Assembly (NCBI RefSeq): GCF_018350175.1 | Contig: NC_058368.1 | Location: forward strand, 238,826,001 to 238,890,000 | Direction of reading: 5' to 3' | Source: Felis catus | Lineage: Eukaryota | Length of the DNA: 64,000 nucleotides | Shown: piece after piece, positions 61,280 to 64,000 of the stretch | How the letters are laid out: every line of letters starts with the position of its first letter | Position numbering within the stretch: the stretch's first letter is position 1 | The notes under the pieces: model-generated | What the model saw: only the letters and a program-made list of their open reading frames with translations | The model's database searches: none | Told to the model about the DNA's origin: nothing | Position numbers and translations under genes: made by a program

Positions 61280-62640
61280 CTTGCTGCCTTTTTCTCATCG
61301 AGCTGTAGGGTCCTTTACGGCTTCTGGAGACAAGCCCGTATTTGTATCTTCTCCTACCCCGTGGCTTCCCTTTTCTCTCCATCGGTGATATTTGTTGATG
61401 AACAGAAGTTCTTGGTTTCAGCCTGCTGCCATCCTAGAATGGTTTCCTTTAAGGGCAGCGATTTTTGAGGCTTGTGCAGTGGATCTTTCTCTATCCCCAG
61501 GACGTCAGATACCCTCAGCCCTCACCTTCGTGAGGATTTTGCCTCTCCTGCGTCAGTCCTCGGAGCGCCTGAAGGGTGGTGTCGACGCCCCGTCTCCCCT
61601 GCATCTGCCATTTACTGAAAATATGCTCCTCCCTTTTTTCTGCAGGGCCACCTTGTCACACATGTGTGCGCATGTGTTTGGGCTCTGGCGTCCCTCCCGT
61701 TGGTGGTTCTGTCCCATTGGTGCTGCCTTTGCTTCCAGACCTTTCTCTCGAGTCTCCATGCCCACGGAGCAAATCTTGTCTTTAAGATCGCTGTGTATTC
61801 ACAGCCCTTCTCCCACACATGTCAGCTCAGTGCGTCTAGACACTAGACACAAAAGCTGTCGGAGTTTTTATCCAGATTAAGTTAAGCCTGTGGTCGAATT
61901 TAAGGACGGTTGACATCTTTCTGTACGTAGATTCCAACCCATGTTCATAACGTCATCATTTAGGCTTTTCGTTTCCTTCAGTGGCCGAGTTTTCTGCGTT
62001 GACTGTCTGTGCGTCCTCTGTGAGCGGTGTTCCGAGGAACTTGTATTTCTTCATATTTTAAATGTTGCGTTTCTAAATGCTTTTTACTGTGCGTCTTTGC
62101 TGTTACGCAGAAATGAAATGGCCTTTTGTGTGTTGACCACGTATCCAGAAACACCACTAGACTCACTTACTGGTTCTAATAATCGTCCTGGGATCCCTTT
62201 GGGTTTGGTGTGTGCACAACCCTAGAAGCTGCAGATGATGAGTTTTTTTCCTTAACAATTTTTATATCTTCATTTCCTTTTCTTGTCTTTCTGTACTGAC
62301 ATGGGGAATACAGTACTTGCCCCAACTTAAAAACAAACGCTTTCAGTATTTCAAGTGTGGCGGCTTTTTTCAGTTTTTTTGCAGGTGGCCCTTTTTCTCA
62401 GATTAAAGAGTTTTCCTCTTTTTTCGATTTACTAAGAATTCGCATGATGCATAGATGCTGACTTCCGTCAGATGCTCTCCCTGCGTTTATGACGGTGGCT
62501 TTAGTGTGACCCTCACATTTAGCCACATTCCCGGCCCCGCCCCAACTTGACTGCAAAATGTTGATCCTTTTTATCTCTGACGGGATTCCGTTGGTTAATG
62601 TTTTGTTTAGGATTGTGAAGGACAGTTTTTGTATCCATGG
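61280..62640 (-). mobile_element. Old LINE-1 remnant
   Basis: ttgatgaacagaagttctt...ttgacatcttt...tatccagaaacaccactagactcacttactggttctaata...ctttcagtattt. Confidence 0.75.
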
Positions 62641-63044
62641 GCAGCTCCTCAGGTCTGCCTGCGGTGTGGAGTGACTCTGGCTCCCACCGAGGCCGGGACC
62701 TGGCCGCCTCGCCCCTGCAGCAGGGCTGTGTAGGACCCGCCCCCCCCCCCCCCCCCCCCACTGGCCACTGCCCCAGCATGGGCTTTAAGCCTTTCCTAAA
62801 GCAACAGGCTGTGTGAGCCGCCTCTTCCTGTGCCCAGTGCCTGCAACTTGAGGCCAGAGCAGGGATCCCAGCAGGCAGGTGTCATATGGCTGTCCTGTAC
62901 TGGGAGCCTGTCCTCCAGGGGCCTTTGGAACCCGGCCCCGCCTGATCCTCTGGGCCCTCTGGGCCACGGCCCCCGGCTTCTCTCCTCCACGCACTGTTAT
63001 CTGTGGGGGACGCTCCTCCTCTGGTCTCTCTGGTCCCCTGAGTG

Positions 63045-63430
63045 CTCCGAGGTGGCTGTGACAAAAGCCACAAAACGGTGATTTAACACACAGAAGTTTA
63101 TCCTCTCTCAGTGCTGGGGCCAGAGGCTTGGGGCCGGGGGGCCGGGGGATCTTGCTCCCTCCGGAGGGTCTTGGGGAGGGTCCTTCCTGCCTCTTCCAGC
63201 TCCCGGGGTTCCAGGGCTGTGGCTCTGTCATCACGTGGCCTCCCCCATGTCTGTGTGTCTGCTTCCAAGAGCACTTGTCATTGCGTTCAGGGCCGCCAGG
63301 CAAATCAGACCTCGCCTTGGTATCTTCAGCTTGATGACGCCCGCAAAGACCCTTTCTCCAAACAAGGTCACATTCACAGTTCTGGGAGTTAGGATGTGGC
63401 CGTTCGTTTCTCGGGCCGCCTCTCAGCCCC
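63045..63430 (-). mobile_element. MLT1 MaLR solo LTR
   Basis: gctgtgacaaaagccacaaa...cagaagtttatcctctctcag...tccttcctgcctcttccagctcc...gcaaagaccctttctccaaacaaggtcacattcacag. Confidence 0.85.
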
Positions 63431-64000
63431 CTCCACTTGCCCTCAGGCTGCCTGCAGGCGCTGACAGAGACCCCTGGCCGGGCACTTGTGGGGCCAGGCG
63501 CTGGGTGACTGAGCGGCTGGAAGTTTCCACCTGTGTCCTCATCCAACCCGTAGGGCGCCACCTGCCCGGGGACATCTGTCCGGGAGCCTCAAGTCTCCCT
63601 CCGGCTCAGCCCACCAAGACCGGAGTGTAAAGGGTGGGAAACGCGGCACACGCACACTCAGGGCTTCAGTGCTTCCCGTGTCCTGGCTGGGACTTGTGGG
63701 CAGAGCATCTTAGGACAGGTCTTAGAGAACCCGTGTCCCAGATGGTGAGCCACGGGCTAGTGTGGGCCCGGGCAGCCGTCTCGGAGACCCCAGAGGGCCC
63801 AGGTGGGCCGAGCCCCCTTCTCTGTCCCTGCTGGTGCCCGGGGGCCACCCTCCCACGCCACTCTGCTCTCCTTGGTTCTGAGGCCCTCTTTCGGGATTGG
63901 GGGTGTGCCGTGGTGCCCTTTGGGGCTGCCCCTTGGCCCCCACGGCCTTCATTTTCTGAGATCCACATGCAGACATGGTCCGCTTCACACTCCTGGTGAG

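Overview
Mammalian, GC-rich genomic DNA; carnivore SINEs and a young LINE-1 3' end point to a felid. All genes are on the + strand. (1) The last five coding exons, 3' UTR and polyA signal of BRD9 (1006-~10290). (2) A ZDHHC11-type DHHC palmitoyltransferase gene whose first 11 coding exons (14930-39765) I could join in phase, plus a probable further exon at 46807-46879. It has a U12-type first coding intron and a tail built from alternating 35-nt and 85/88-nt exons, but carries an in-frame TAG at codon 13 and a Cys-to-Ser change at a zinc ligand. (3) A CpG-island promoter and non-coding first exon at ~56.7-57.8 kb, probably TPPP by synteny. The rest is old L1, MaLR/ERVL LTRs, hAT MITEs, SINEs and tandem repeats. 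Most notable: possible recent inactivation of ZDHHC11, an ETS/ZNF143-rich CpG island inside ZDHHC11 intron 7, an ERV LTR with a consensus donor in the BRD9 intron that hosts the human poison exon, and an LTR-derived higher-order minisatellite. Repeat family names and human comparisons are from memory and need confirming. No prokaryotic-type system (CRISPR, operon) is present.
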